Shown: positions 7,876-17,343, counted from the first letter of the stretch. The stretch is 34,004 bases of DNA from a virus (IMGVR_UViG_3300025084_000105:1-34004); one strand, 5' to 3'. The notes: a model not told the origin generated them from the letters alone. A program made the numbers and translations.

Positions 7876-8010
7876 TTTTTACACTAACTTTACTTTTTGC
7901 ACTAAGTGTAGTAAAACTCACCTAATGTAATTAAAAACACTTAATGTATGTAAAAACACCTAGTAAAATAAAAAAACCTAGTGTAATTAATGCACTAAGT
8001 GTTTTACTCA
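7876..8010. repeat. AT-rich cluster of CAC(C/T)(T/A)A(A/G)TGT-like repeats at ~20-nt spacing
   Basis: GCACTAAGTGT (twice), CACCTAATGTAAT, CACTTAATGTA, CACCTAGTAAA, ACCTAGTGTAAT. Confidence 0.6.
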
Positions 8011-8107
8011 AAAATAAAAACTAAAAAGGAGATTCTAAAAACATAACCTTTAAGTAGTAAAACTTTCTCTCGACACGGTTTATTGTACACCTGCGACATT
8101 TCCATAG

Positions 8108-8905
8108 ATGACATATAAACATAAATCGAGCATAACCCCCGTAAATGATGCAAAAGACCCCCGCACATTAAATAGTATCACAGCGTCAGCGAGATTAATG
8201 CTTGACATCGAGACACGAATACAACAGAAGTTTAACGACATGAAAACCGCTAGAGAGAATATGAAACTAGGAATCAAATATTCCTCAAGGTCTCTCGGTG
8301 GACATACTACACAGTATCGAAAATTGTGCCTAGAGGCAGGTATAGAGCCATCCATTTTAGGCAACCCTAGTAAGACATCATTCAAGGTTAAATCAAGCCT
8401 AGAAACACCCACTATTATCATAGGAAAACCATGCCGTTACAAGGCTTGTAAGGGTCGAAATCACAAGGCACATAATGAGAAGTGTCCGGTTGCTTCTAGT
8501 CGTGGTAAAACAGGCGGTAAAAATGGTCTAGGAGATAGCAAAAAACGCCTCGGAGAAACTAACGGTAATTTTAGAGATGTTCGACCTTGTGGATGTCCTA
8601 TGAGACAGCATAAAACCACCTGTATTCATTCAAAAAACTATCATAATAATCTACTCAAGAATAATACTTTTGACACAAAACTAATTCATCAAAAAAATCT
8701 ACAAGCCAAAAAAATACTCAATTATTCATGGAAACATGAGGCTATTTCAATACAAAAAATACCCCTCGGTTTCCTTAAATCCTTAGATGCGGTTTGTTCA
8801 TGCTGTTCATGGGTAGGTAAAGCAAATCAAGCATCAAAAGTACATCAAACAGATGTTAACACACAAAATCCTGTAAGAGTAATATGCAACGCTTGCGAGG
8901 CATAA
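8108..8905 (+). CDS. Basic Cys/His-rich protein, putative multi-Zn nucleic-acid-binding protein
   Basis: CRYKAC..H..H..C, CGC...H...C and CSCC...CNAC clusters. K/R-rich. Confidence 0.7.
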   Translation: MTYKHKSSITPVNDAKDPRTLNSITASARLMLDIETRIQQKFNDMKTARENMKLGIKYSSRSLGGHTTQYRKLCLEAGIEPSILGNPSKTSFKVKSSLETPTIIIGKPCRYKACKGRNHKAHNEKCPVASSRGKTGGKNGLGDSKKRLGETNGNFRDVRPCGCPMRQHKTTCIHSKNYHNNLLKNNTFDTKLIHQKNLQAKKILNYSWKHEAISIQKIPLGFLKSLDAVCSCCSWVGKANQASKVHQTDVNTQNPVRVICNACEA

Positions 8906-8943
8906 TCAACAGGTTTAAGAATGATAGGCGAGGTGAGACAAAT

Positions 8944-9216
8944 ATGAGTAAAATGGAAGAAGCACTAAAAATGATTGACGAACAATTGGAAGCACTAGAC
9001 GAGGCTAAACAAGAAATAGATATTCTTAGTAGAAAAGAAGGCCATTATAACAGATTGAATGATGTGTTTATGACTAGGGCGAGAATGGATGGATTACTTA
9101 CAGCACATTACATCATAAGAATGCTGACAGAAAAAGACGAAGAACATTTACAAGATTTAGAAACAATATTCAAAGTTTGTTATGATAATATAAATAGAGA
9201 TGTAATTCGTAGATAG
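8944..9216 (+). CDS. Hypothetical coiled-coil protein (starts MSKMEE)
   Basis: Start set by the 55-nt spacing from the ACGCTTGCG box. Confidence 0.75.
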   Translation: MSKMEEALKMIDEQLEALDEAKQEIDILSRKEGHYNRLNDVFMTRARMDGLLTAHYIIRMLTEKDEEHLQDLETIFKVCYDNINRDVIRR

Positions 9217-9228
9217 GAGAGGAATAAA

Positions 9229-9576
9229 ATGCAAGAAAATGATAAAAAGTTTTGGTTCAATTTCATAGAAATGGGCTACAAAGTAAGAAAAAATCCGACA
9301 GGAAAAATACAATTTGAAATCAATAATGTGTCTTTTGAGTTAGCACATTCACCACCTGTATTGCTAGAAAATAGAGCAGGACTTGACCCCGAAAAACCAA
9401 TACTATCAAGCGAATGGTTCAGACTATACAGAGTAAAAGAAGAAACGGAATATGGTATGCTCACCACTAGCAAAAAAATGATTGGTAGTGATTTTTATTG
9501 TCTAGGTAGAAAAGATATTCACGATATGGCCGATGATGGGATAAAACATTTGACGCTTGCGAGGCAAGAACATTAA
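9229..9576 (+). CDS. Hypothetical protein
   Basis: ORF track, GGAGAGG RBS. Confidence 0.7.
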   Translation: MQENDKKFWFNFIEMGYKVRKNPTGKIQFEINNVSFELAHSPPVLLENRAGLDPEKPILSSEWFRLYRVKEETEYGMLTTSKKMIGSDFYCLGRKDIHDMADDGIKHLTLARQEH

Positions 9577-9692
9577 CTTTAAGAGTAAAGAACGAGGAGA
9601 GACAGATATGAGTAAGCGAGGAGAGCGAGGACAAACACAGCGAATTGTAAATATACTTTTGGATGATTCTAAAAGATACGGGAGAGATAGAT

Positions 9693-9860
9693 ATGAAAAT
9701 TGAATGGTATGATACAAGATATTTGAAATGCCCTTGTTGTAGGGAAATATCACCTGCTTTCTTTTATCTTAAGGATATTAAATCGTGGGTAAAAATACAT
9801 TATGAAAAGTGTGGGGCAACGAGTTTTTCAGAAGATGGATATGTTGAGGTGATTGAATGA
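9693..9860 (+). CDS. Small Zn-binding protein (CPCC...H..C)
   Basis: GGAGAG RBS before MKIEWY. It is preceded by a 31-aa ORF at 9608-9703. Confidence 0.6.
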   Translation: MKIEWYDTRYLKCPCCREISPAFFYLKDIKSWVKIHYEKCGATSFSEDGYVEVIE

Positions 9861-10198
9861 AAATTAATCCTCACGCCTATGATAGAATGGCTCTAAGATT
9901 GACTCAATCTGAGAAGGATTTAGTCGAGGCTAGGGTAAGACACGCCTATGATAAAATGAATGGAAGCACGGCCTCTCTAGGGGTAGTAACAATGGATATT
10001 GGAGAGCAACGTAAGACCGATAATTCAGGCTACGAATCAAACGGCAATTTAGTAATAGGAGTAGTTAGAAACGGAATATTAAAAACCGTATTCTTGAGAA
10101 GAGATACACAAGAGGTTTCAAAGAAAACAATTTACACCGACAAATTATCATGGTCTATAAAAAAGAGAGCGACAGGAAAAAAGGCAAGAAGAAGATAA
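9857..10198 (+). CDS. Hypothetical basic protein, weakly RelE/DUF4258-like
   Basis: GAGGTGA RBS. HAYDRMALR...VVRNGILKTV pattern; fold call is tentative. Confidence 0.6.
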   Translation: MKINPHAYDRMALRLTQSEKDLVEARVRHAYDKMNGSTASLGVVTMDIGEQRKTDNSGYESNGNLVIGVVRNGILKTVFLRRDTQEVSKKTIYTDKLSWSIKKRATGKKARRR

Positions 10199-10258
10199 AT
10201 GACGCTTGAGAAGCAGGATAACAACAGTTATAAAGAAAAAACTAGGAGAGACAGATAT

Positions 10259-10858
10259 ATGAATAGAGATGAGAGAAGAGTACCGAAATACTACGCCTAC
10301 AAATACTATGCGGGCGACCCTTGCTATGTCATAGATGATAGTAGATGGGGTGAGTTTTGTGATTTGTTATGGTTTTGTCAAGCAGAGAATAAAAAAGATT
10401 ACGGGCATGAATATCCTGTATATCTTAAATGGGTTGTTGATGATATTCCTTATACCATAGAAGTATGGGATAGTCCGGGCGGAGATGGTACATGGAACTT
10501 TAGTAATACCGTAAAAGAAATGCGTGGTTGGATTGCAGGTACGGAAATGGGTGTAGATGCAGGTTTATTGGCTATCGTACCTTATGGTGCTATTTCTAAT
10601 AACAGCACTTGTTCAGATAAAGATAACATAAAAGAAATATCAAATCTAGGTATTGTTTTTACCGAAGAACCAATCTTAGAAACAGGTATGCACGTAGTAG
10701 GTGAAGTAAGACTAAATGACACAGATGAAAATAATGTATATTATTGCTATAATTGCGGTGAACATACCTATGAGGATGATGTGATAGATTGTGAAAACTA
10801 TAATTGTATGGGATGCCATATATGTTATGAATGTGAATGTGAGGATGAGGAAGAATGA
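10259..10858 (+). CDS. Phage hypothetical protein with GDPCY/GDG/VDAG motifs and C-terminal Cys cluster
   Basis: Motifs seen in the translation. Start set by promoter spacing. Confidence 0.75.
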   Translation: MNRDERRVPKYYAYKYYAGDPCYVIDDSRWGEFCDLLWFCQAENKKDYGHEYPVYLKWVVDDIPYTIEVWDSPGGDGTWNFSNTVKEMRGWIAGTEMGVDAGLLAIVPYGAISNNSTCSDKDNIKEISNLGIVFTEEPILETGMHVVGEVRLNDTDENNVYYCYNCGEHTYEDDVIDCENYNCMGCHICYECECEDEEE

Positions 10859-10952
10859 TGACGCTTGCGACACACAATAGCAAAGTTCTTAAGCAGATGC
10901 TTCGAGGACAATTTACAAGTCAAACAATGACGACAACAAAGGAGATGAAAAA

Positions 10953-11948
10953 ATGACAATGAGAAACATGATGGCGGCAATAAGCCGCTTTGGAAAGCCC
11001 GCACAAGGAACGACTGCCGAAGAGGTCTTGCAGAACGCAGGACTAAACTTCGATGTGGCTATTGAGCCACTATATACATCTAAAGGTAAGCCGATTAGGT
11101 CTAAGTTTAATCGTGTCTTTAGAACTGACAATGACACAACATTAGGTGTTGTCGGTAAAACGTATGTACCAATGCAAAATGATAGACTATTAGGTATTGC
11201 TAACGAATTGGTACAACGTGGTAAAATCAATTGGGATAGAATAGGCATGGTAGGCGAAGGTGAAAAATTATTCGCCTCTTTCCAATTAGACGAAGGCTTT
11301 ACTATTCGTGGTTGGGATGATGTTGATAGTTATATTTACCTTACAAATACACATGACGGTAGCGGTGGTATTAGAGTAATTCCTAGCAACGTAACCATAG
11401 GATGTTCTAACCAATACAGTCATCTAATGGCGGGTATTAAAAGAACAGGTATTGACCCTAAGAAATTAGTAATACGCCATTCAGCAAAGCAAGAAGATAG
11501 AGTGGCGGAATTAGTCGAAGCACTAAAAATAGTGGATATGCTCAACCAACAATTCGTTTCAGACGCAGAACAATTGGTACAAATAGAAATGTCTCAAAAC
11601 GAAAGAATAGAGTTTTACCTAGATACTTTTGGGATAAAACAACATGAAGATTTGATGAAGGGCGGCAAAGATTATGATGCTAACAACCCTTACGGATTGA
11701 CGACTAGAGGACAGAATACAGTAACAAAATTACTAGAGATAGAGGCACACCCTACCAACAACCACAACGGCAACGGTGGAACAGCCCTAGCCGCCTTTAA
11801 TACAGCGACTTACATGATAGACCATGAGTGGACTTATGACCGCAAGGGAGAGAAGTCTAACGACAAGAGAGTAGAGAGTGCTATCATGGGTACGGGTGCA
11901 AGAATGAAATCCAAAGCATGGGAAAACTTAGTAGGAGAGTACCTATAA
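10953..11948 (+). CDS. DUF932 / TIGR03299-like phage-plasmid protein
   Basis: AGLNFDV, RTD...LGVVG..Y.PMQN, LTNTHDGSG, CSNQ, IRHS and G.GARMKSKAW are typical of the family. Confidence 0.85.
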   Translation: MTMRNMMAAISRFGKPAQGTTAEEVLQNAGLNFDVAIEPLYTSKGKPIRSKFNRVFRTDNDTTLGVVGKTYVPMQNDRLLGIANELVQRGKINWDRIGMVGEGEKLFASFQLDEGFTIRGWDDVDSYIYLTNTHDGSGGIRVIPSNVTIGCSNQYSHLMAGIKRTGIDPKKLVIRHSAKQEDRVAELVEALKIVDMLNQQFVSDAEQLVQIEMSQNERIEFYLDTFGIKQHEDLMKGGKDYDANNPYGLTTRGQNTVTKLLEIEAHPTNNHNGNGGTALAAFNTATYMIDHEWTYDRKGEKSNDKRVESAIMGTGARMKSKAWENLVGEYL

Positions 11949-12095
11949 AACTTAAGGGATTGTTGGGGGGATATAACTAAGTCTTTTGGGCTGTGTTTGT
12001 CATTCGTTTCTATCCTCATCCCCCCAACGCCCACCGACTTACGCTTGCGACACAATAACAAAAAGATTAAAAGGAAAAGACAGGTGGAGAAAAAC

Positions 12096-12644
12096 ATGAA
12101 CATATTTGTATTAAACGAAAACCCCGAATTAGCAGCAAGAGATTACTGTAATAAGCACCTACCTAAGATGTGTGTAGAAATGTTACAGATGTTAGGTAGT
12201 GCCGTGATTAGACACGGTGCAACGCCCGACATGATGCCACTTACTAAAAAAGGTACGCCTCTACGTGGTGGCTACCACAACCACCCTTGTACTATTTTTT
12301 CAGGGGAAACTAAAGACAATTACAATTGGGTTGTACGTCATGCCTTAGAGTTATGTAAAGAATACACAGACAAGTATAACAAAATACATTTTTGTGAGGC
12401 AGGTATTCGTCATCTTAGTAATATGGCAAATCTAATTCCCGAAGGCGACCTTACACATTTTGCTCTTGCTATGCCCGATGAATACAGACCCGAACCCGTT
12501 GATGGAGAGATTGTATATCATACTTATGCGGCACAAGCAGTAGACGCTTACAGACGTTATTATCATAGCAAGGAGTTTGCTCGATGGGATGACCGTAATG
12601 TACCTACATGGTGGCAAAGTTATAGATATGTGGGGTTAGAATAA
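12096..12644 (+). CDS. Pyrimidine-dimer DNA glycosylase / endonuclease V-like protein
   Basis: MNIFVL...A...CNKH..KM.VE..Q, HNHPCT, AMPDEY and AYRRYY match the phage UV-repair-like family. Start at 12096. Confidence 0.75.
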   Translation: MNIFVLNENPELAARDYCNKHLPKMCVEMLQMLGSAVIRHGATPDMMPLTKKGTPLRGGYHNHPCTIFSGETKDNYNWVVRHALELCKEYTDKYNKIHFCEAGIRHLSNMANLIPEGDLTHFALAMPDEYRPEPVDGEIVYHTYAAQAVDAYRRYYHSKEFARWDDRNVPTWWQSYRYVGLE

Positions 12645-12760
12645 TGATTAGTGATGCCTTCAAACAATTATTAGGTGAGGATGCACCGCTTATAATAGCA
12701 CAAATTATAGGTGTTTCTTTTTTGGTAATAGTAAGTTTATTTTTGGCGGTGTTTGCTTGA
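12644..12760 (+). CDS. Single-TM micropeptide (38 aa)
   Basis: Translated by hand. Hydrophobic LIIAQIIGVSFLVIVSLFLAVFA, coupled to the upstream stop. Confidence 0.5.
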   Translation: MISDAFKQLLGEDAPLIIAQIIGVSFLVIVSLFLAVFA

Positions 12761-12813
12761 CGCTTGCGAGACAAGATAGTAAGGTTCTTAAGCGAACACT
12801 CCGAGGACTAGAT

Positions 12814-12963
12814 ATGACAGGAGACAACAACCTAGAAGATTGGAAGCCTAGCCAATGGGTCTTACAAAGACTTGACAAGTTAGGAATGACATCACAAGAA
12901 GTAAAAATGATAAACAGAAAAAGAAATGACGATAACAAAAGAGCGAGGAATAAAAATGAATAA
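12814..12963 (+). CDS. Small hypothetical protein
   Basis: Start is 54 nt after the ACGCTTGCG box. Confidence 0.55.
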   Translation: MTGDNNLEDWKPSQWVLQRLDKLGMTSQEVKMINRKRNDDNKRARNKNE

Positions 12964-13204
12964 AGAAGAAGTAAGAAAAAAGAATGACGCACTAAGAAGA
13001 AATGCCCCTATACCGGAAGGTGAACACGACATTAGAGGATATAGGTTTGAGAATTACCACAACGGTATTGAGATGATGATTGTTAGTCATTGGGTTGGAG
13101 ACATGGGTGTAATCCTTTGGACTTCTGATGCCGGAGATATATACTCGACTAGAGATATTAAAGGACATTGGATGATGCTAGACGAAGAACCACAAGGATG
13201 GTGA
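12956..13204 (+). CDS. Hypothetical protein (starts MNKEEV)
   Basis: GAGG RBS, overlaps the upstream stop. Confidence 0.65.
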   Translation: MNKEEVRKKNDALRRNAPIPEGEHDIRGYRFENYHNGIEMMIVSHWVGDMGVILWTSDAGDIYSTRDIKGHWMMLDEEPQGW

Positions 13205-13210
13205 AGAATA

Positions 13211-13336
13211 ATGAATAGTTTAGAATTAAGCCATATAGCGAACCTTGTATGGTATATAAATGGGAAAGAGCCTCTTAATGGTGATGACATTGAAGATATA
13301 ATGAGAGCCTTAAAAGAATGGAATGGGGATGAGTAA
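13211..13336 (+). CDS. Microprotein (41 aa)
   Basis: Translated by hand. GGTGA RBS. Confidence 0.55.
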   Translation: MNSLELSHIANLVWYINGKEPLNGDDIEDIMRALKEWNGDE

Positions 13337-13337
13337 G

Positions 13338-13502
13338 ATGAGTACAATTAAGATAAAAGTAAAAATAGAAATTGAAGAAGAAATAGAGATTGACGCAGAT
13401 GATTTGATACACCAAAGTATTGATGATTATATGGAAAGTGTAATAGACAGTCCATCGGATTACATAGACCTTATGAATGGGATTGATTGGCAGGTGGTTT
13501 AG
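13338..13502 (+). CDS. Very acidic microprotein (54 aa)
   Basis: Translated by hand. Tightly packed between neighbours. Confidence 0.6.
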   Translation: MSTIKIKVKIEIEEEIEIDADDLIHQSIDDYMESVIDSPSDYIDLMNGIDWQVV

Positions 13503-13730
13503 ATGAGTAAGATGATGGAAGTTAGACTACAAGAGATTGCTGATGAATTACAAGCACTAAGAGATGTCGAAGAGGCTTGTGATTATGCCTTGCATTACAT
13601 AGCAGAAGTAGCACACACTTTACCCAATAACATAGGTATGAGCCACCATGCAGAAATGGAGATGGAAGAAGTGCATTGTGAAGTACAAGAAAGAATACAA
13701 GAGTTAGAAGATAAAATAGGGGCGATATAA
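13503..13730 (+). CDS. Acidic coiled-coil protein
   Basis: ORF track, GGTGG RBS. Confidence 0.7.
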   Translation: MSKMMEVRLQEIADELQALRDVEEACDYALHYIAEVAHTLPNNIGMSHHAEMEMEEVHCEVQERIQELEDKIGAI

Positions 13731-13731
13731 A

Positions 13732-13986
13732 ATGAAATTAGAAAACATGACAAAAAAACAACTGATTAAAGAAATCGAGAGATTAAACAACGAATGCGAA
13801 GCATTATGGAATATTGCAGATTGTTGGTCTATGTGTGAGGATGATTACTCCATGCACGACCAATATGAAGCCCTCGATGAGAGATACGACATTGATGAGA
13901 ATAATGGCCGTATCATCCTCAAAGAGTTGTATGATTATACAGAAGAAGATGGCTACCAATTAAAAGAAACAGGTGATGATGAATGA
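13732..13986 (+). CDS. Acidic hypothetical protein
   Basis: ORF track, operonic spacing. Confidence 0.7.
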   Translation: MKLENMTKKQLIKEIERLNNECEALWNIADCWSMCEDDYSMHDQYEALDERYDIDENNGRIILKELYDYTEEDGYQLKETGDDE

Positions 13987-14279
13987 GTGAATTAAAAAGA
14001 GATTATTGGAGTGATACATTAGTTTGTATTACCGGAAAAGTAAAGATAGATAGACGAGAGATTGCGGCAATAGTTATATCACCCGTAAAAAAACCTGTTT
14101 ATTATACGGGTAATGAAACCCATGAAGATTATAACCATCTTAACATACATCTAAAGTCCGGTACTATTTTTACCGTGAAAGAATATGATGTAAATACCAT
14201 AGCAAACCTATACTTGACACAATCACCACATGAAGAGGTGCATATAGTACCTAACAACAAACAGGAGAGTGAAGAGTAA
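13983..14279 (+). CDS. Hypothetical protein
   Basis: ORF track, GGTGA RBS, ATGA overlap. Confidence 0.7.
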   Translation: MSELKRDYWSDTLVCITGKVKIDRREIAAIVISPVKKPVYYTGNETHEDYNHLNIHLKSGTIFTVKEYDVNTIANLYLTQSPHEEVHIVPNNKQESEE

Positions 14280-14364
14280 TGCCTAACAAGAGACAGAATG
14301 CGGCACGATTGTATAGATATAATATGAAATACAAGAGCCGAAACACGAATAGGGAAGAAGAGGA

Positions 14365-14457
14365 ATGAGGTGTATAATATGTCCAAAAGTATCGGGGGAA
14401 AACAAATGTCGAGTATGCAATTACCATTTTGGGTACAGGAAATCAGAAGAAGAATAA
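14365..14457 (+). CDS. Zn-finger micropeptide (30 aa, CIIC...CRVC)
   Basis: Translated by hand. Follows a 29-aa ORF at 14279-14368 with an ATGA overlap. Confidence 0.45.
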   Translation: MRCIICPKVSGENKCRVCNYHFGYRKSEEE

Positions 14458-14559
14458 CGGTAATAATAACTTACCCTAGTAGTAGGATTTCATCTAGGAT
14501 GCAAACGCTTGCGAGACATGATGACAAGACTTATAAGCAGAAGCGAGGTGGTCTATAAC

Positions 14560-14796
14560 ATGGAAAACGTAAGCATGAACGCACATAGTATAAAGGAAAT
14601 AAGATTAGTTAGAGGCACAGATGATTTGAGCCAACTACTTAGGATTATGATAGTAGGTAAAGATGGTAGTACAACAGACATAAGTTTGTTTGGTGAATAT
14701 ACTATTCCCCCTGCGATAGTAATAGACGAAAATTGTGAGAAAATAAGATTTGATAAAATTAATTTTATCGGAGATATAATCGAGGAAGAGGAATAA
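14560..14796 (+). CDS. Hypothetical protein (starts MENVSM)
   Basis: Start is 55 nt after the ACGCTTGCG box. Confidence 0.7.
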   Translation: MENVSMNAHSIKEIRLVRGTDDLSQLLRIMIVGKDGSTTDISLFGEYTIPPAIVIDENCEKIRFDKINFIGDIIEEEE

Positions 14797-14798
14797 AT

Positions 14799-15020
14799 AT
14801 GAGAGCAAAGTCAGTAACACACGTTGAATACGAATTGATAAAATACATTATGGAAAATAATAACGTAAGAGTAGTATATGATAAAATGGTAACAGACGAG
14901 GTAACAAAGAAAAGGTTCAATACGGCAGCAAAGAACGTAGCCAAATTGATAACAAACTTAGCGGATAGAAGAAAGCATAAGTTACCCGAAAACCACGTTG
15001 ATTATGAGGTGAAAGAATGA
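14799..15020 (+). CDS. Hypothetical protein
   Basis: ORF track, GAGG RBS. Confidence 0.7.
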   Translation: MRAKSVTHVEYELIKYIMENNNVRVVYDKMVTDEVTKKRFNTAAKNVAKLITNLADRRKHKLPENHVDYEVKE

Positions 15021-15316
15021 ATGAGTATAGATGGGAAAAACTAGATGCTGATATGAGAAGCGACATGGCCGAGGAATACATACAAGAGAGATGTCCACAT
15101 GAAGATGTATATATTAATGAAATAACGGTAAAAATACAGTCAAAGCCTGTTGATGGTTGGGATTTAGATAGTTGGAAAATATACTTACAGAAAGTAGGAA
15201 CAGAAATGTTTGAGTTGTATGCCGAAGTAGTATGTGAAAAGTGTGGTGCAAGTCAAGAGCAACATATAGACCTAGATGCAGTATTAGAGACAGGAACATG
15301 GGAGTGGGAAGAATGA
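15017..15316 (+). CDS. Hypothetical protein with CPH...CEKC
   Basis: ORF track, GAGGTGA RBS. Confidence 0.7.
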   Translation: MNEYRWEKLDADMRSDMAEEYIQERCPHEDVYINEITVKIQSKPVDGWDLDSWKIYLQKVGTEMFELYAEVVCEKCGASQEQHIDLDAVLETGTWEWEE

Positions 15317-15444
15317 GTGGTCGTACATCTTTTTGGTTAGCCCCACCTAGACATTCAAGAGTATTCTTCGATGTAGTTGAAAAGCCTTCACGCTTGCGTA
15401 GCGTCATAGAAAGACTTAAAAGTATAGGTCGGGTGCGATAAAAT

Positions 15445-15633
15445 ATGAGTAAGAATAGAAGATGGATAAACTTTGCGAGATACAGTAGCCCACCGATGGC
15501 TAAAGGAAAAGTATTAAATTGCTTATTTATGTCTCATGCCGAGATACCTTGTTTGCATCTTGAATTAGAAGTAAATGGTATTGTGTATGAAGGTACATTA
15601 CCCGTAAAAGTAAGTGAGGATGAGGAAGAATGA
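15445..15633 (+). CDS. Hypothetical protein
   Basis: Start is 55 nt after the ACGCTTGCG box. Confidence 0.65.
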   Translation: MSKNRRWINFARYSSPPMAKGKVLNCLFMSHAEIPCLHLELEVNGIVYEGTLPVKVSEDEEE

Positions 15634-15818
15634 GTAGTATAGAGGAAAAAGTAATTGCCGAGATTAGACAACGTGCTAAAAAAGGCGAGGCCAAATACGG
15701 TACTACAATGGATAGGGATGACCTATCTTTTGTCGAATGGGTACAGCATTTGAAAGAAGAATTGATGGATGCAGTAGTGTACGCACAGAAGATTATTGAC
15801 GCTTGCGACACGGAATAG
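15630..15818 (+). CDS. Small all-alpha NTP pyrophosphatase (MazG-like) protein
   Basis: KG.AKYG..MDR.DL...W..HLKEELMDAVVY contains the EExxD motif. Confidence 0.65.
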   Translation: MSSIEEKVIAEIRQRAKKGEAKYGTTMDRDDLSFVEWVQHLKEELMDAVVYAQKIIDACDTE

Positions 15819-15852
15819 AACACTTTATAAGTGCTTAATAGGTGGAAAGAAT

Positions 15853-16110
15853 ATGCGAAGAAAGACGGCTAGAGACGAGATTTTGCTTACCCTGAAAAAC
15901 AATCCCGAAGGGTTGACGGCAAGTGAAATCATGGATAAGATGAACCCTAAAAAAACTAGAAGTGTCAGAAACCCTAGACACGTTAGTAATTTATTGAAGG
16001 GTATGAAGGGTGTAAAAAAGACAGACAAGAAGAGGTACATTAAAGACATTGAAACATGGTCTTACAAAGTCAACATATATTATTACGAAGATGAGGGGGC
16101 AGAAATATGA
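15853..16110 (+). CDS. Winged-helix DNA-binding protein
   Basis: ILLTLKNNPEGLTASEIMDKM...RHVSNLL is a wHTH pattern. Confidence 0.7.
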   Translation: MRRKTARDEILLTLKNNPEGLTASEIMDKMNPKKTRSVRNPRHVSNLLKGMKGVKKTDKKRYIKDIETWSYKVNIYYYEDEGAEI

Positions 16111-16295
16111 GTGAAGAATGGGAAAATGATATTAGATGGTGGATAGACGAAGCATTGACTGAATTAGAAAATGCTATGGATGCACTAAACAAACTGAATA
16201 GACAAACAGATGTAATAGACGATGTTGAGTATAATAAAATAAATAGAGCAATATGGGAGATAGAACAAATACTAAAGGAGAGGTTAGATAGATGA
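16107..16295 (+). CDS. Small coiled-coil protein
   Basis: ORF track, ATGA overlap. Confidence 0.65.
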   Translation: MSEEWENDIRWWIDEALTELENAMDALNKLNRQTDVIDDVEYNKINRAIWEIEQILKERLDR

Positions 16296-16537
16296 GAAAA
16301 TACAAAGATTATTTAGAAGATAAAAAGAGAGAAGCAGAAGAAGAAAAAAAGTTAACCCAATACACCGATAATGACGAGGTAAATGAGTTGCGTCAGTTGG
16401 TCGAGGACATGACTAAATGGATGAGTATAGGCAACAACAGGGCTAATATACCCAAGAAGGTTATTGAAGAGTTTAAGGGTACTATGAAGAGGGCTAATTA
16501 TATCAAGGCTACTAACATGGCTCACAGACAAAAATGA
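16292..16537 (+). CDS. Hypothetical protein
   Basis: ORF track, GGAGAGG RBS. Confidence 0.65.
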   Translation: MRKYKDYLEDKKREAEEEKKLTQYTDNDEVNELRQLVEDMTKWMSIGNNRANIPKKVIEEFKGTMKRANYIKATNMAHRQK

Positions 16538-17343
16538 TTGGAGAATCTATGAAGTTTATTAGACCTAAAACTACTACTGTACTAGATGCTATACAATATA
16601 CATCGGTAAATGGTGTAGCACGAAAGACACCACAGATAGTTTTATCCCTAAACAAACAGGACTTAGATTTAAAAATTGTTGATAGATATGTACTTCTCGA
16701 TTTCTTTCGAGCGTTGAAGCCGGAAGAAGATGTTAAATATCTTGATATGATGTACACTATTTACCCTACTGATATAGAAATGATGGGCTTTTCATTCACC
16801 GAGTTTGTATCTCATTGGTTAGATACTTCTACGGTAAAAGAAATACCTGTGTATGTAAAGGATAATGTTATAGAGGCAATTGTATTGAATAGAAGTAAAA
16901 GTATATACATAGACCAAAATAGAATAGTAATAAAAAATATACTAGATGAACTCCACGCTTGCGACACAGGGTGGGAGAGCAATATCACTACCTTACATCT
17001 TAACATAGATAGATATGTATATGGTAAAGCACCTTGCTTACAGTTTGATTGTGGTAATATGCGGATAGAGGTACTTACACTACGCAACACTACATACATA
17101 GTAGGTAGGTATAAGGTAGGTAGTGGATGGGTTCAGCCGTTAAAATATCGGATAAAGCGTAAATGGACACACTTGATGTCTTTGGATGAATTATTCGATG
17201 TATTAACGCCTTATGTAAATACACTAAAAAATATGAACGAAAAAGAATTACCGACAAGAAATAAGTTCGGAGATAGAGCAGCGAAATTAAACTTTAGGGA
17301 TAGAAATAAGTTGGAATACGAGGATTATTTTAATTCTTTTTAA
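16534..17343 (+). CDS. Hypothetical protein
   Basis: 269-aa ORF with no motif recognised. The start may be 16549. Confidence 0.75.
   Translation: MIGESMKFIRPKTTTVLDAIQYTSVNGVARKTPQIVLSLNKQDLDLKIVDRYVLLDFFRALKPEEDVKYLDMMYTIYPTDIEMMGFSFTEFVSHWLDTSTVKEIPVYVKDNVIEAIVLNRSKSIYIDQNRIVIKNILDELHACDTGWESNITTLHLNIDRYVYGKAPCLQFDCGNMRIEVLTLRNTTYIVGRYKVGSGWVQPLKYRIKRKWTHLMSLDELFDVLTPYVNTLKNMNEKELPTRNKFGDRAAKLNFRDRNKLEYEDYFNSF

Larger units (their letters stand above)
8889..15853 (+). promoter_or_regulatory. Promoter class with upstream ACGCTTG(C/A)G box
   Basis: Boxes at 8889, 9553, 10202, 10861, 12041, 12760, 14505, 15390 and 15799, each followed ~25 nt later by a TATA-like site. The ATG lies 54-57 nt from the box in 8 of 9 cases. 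Confidence 0.85.
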
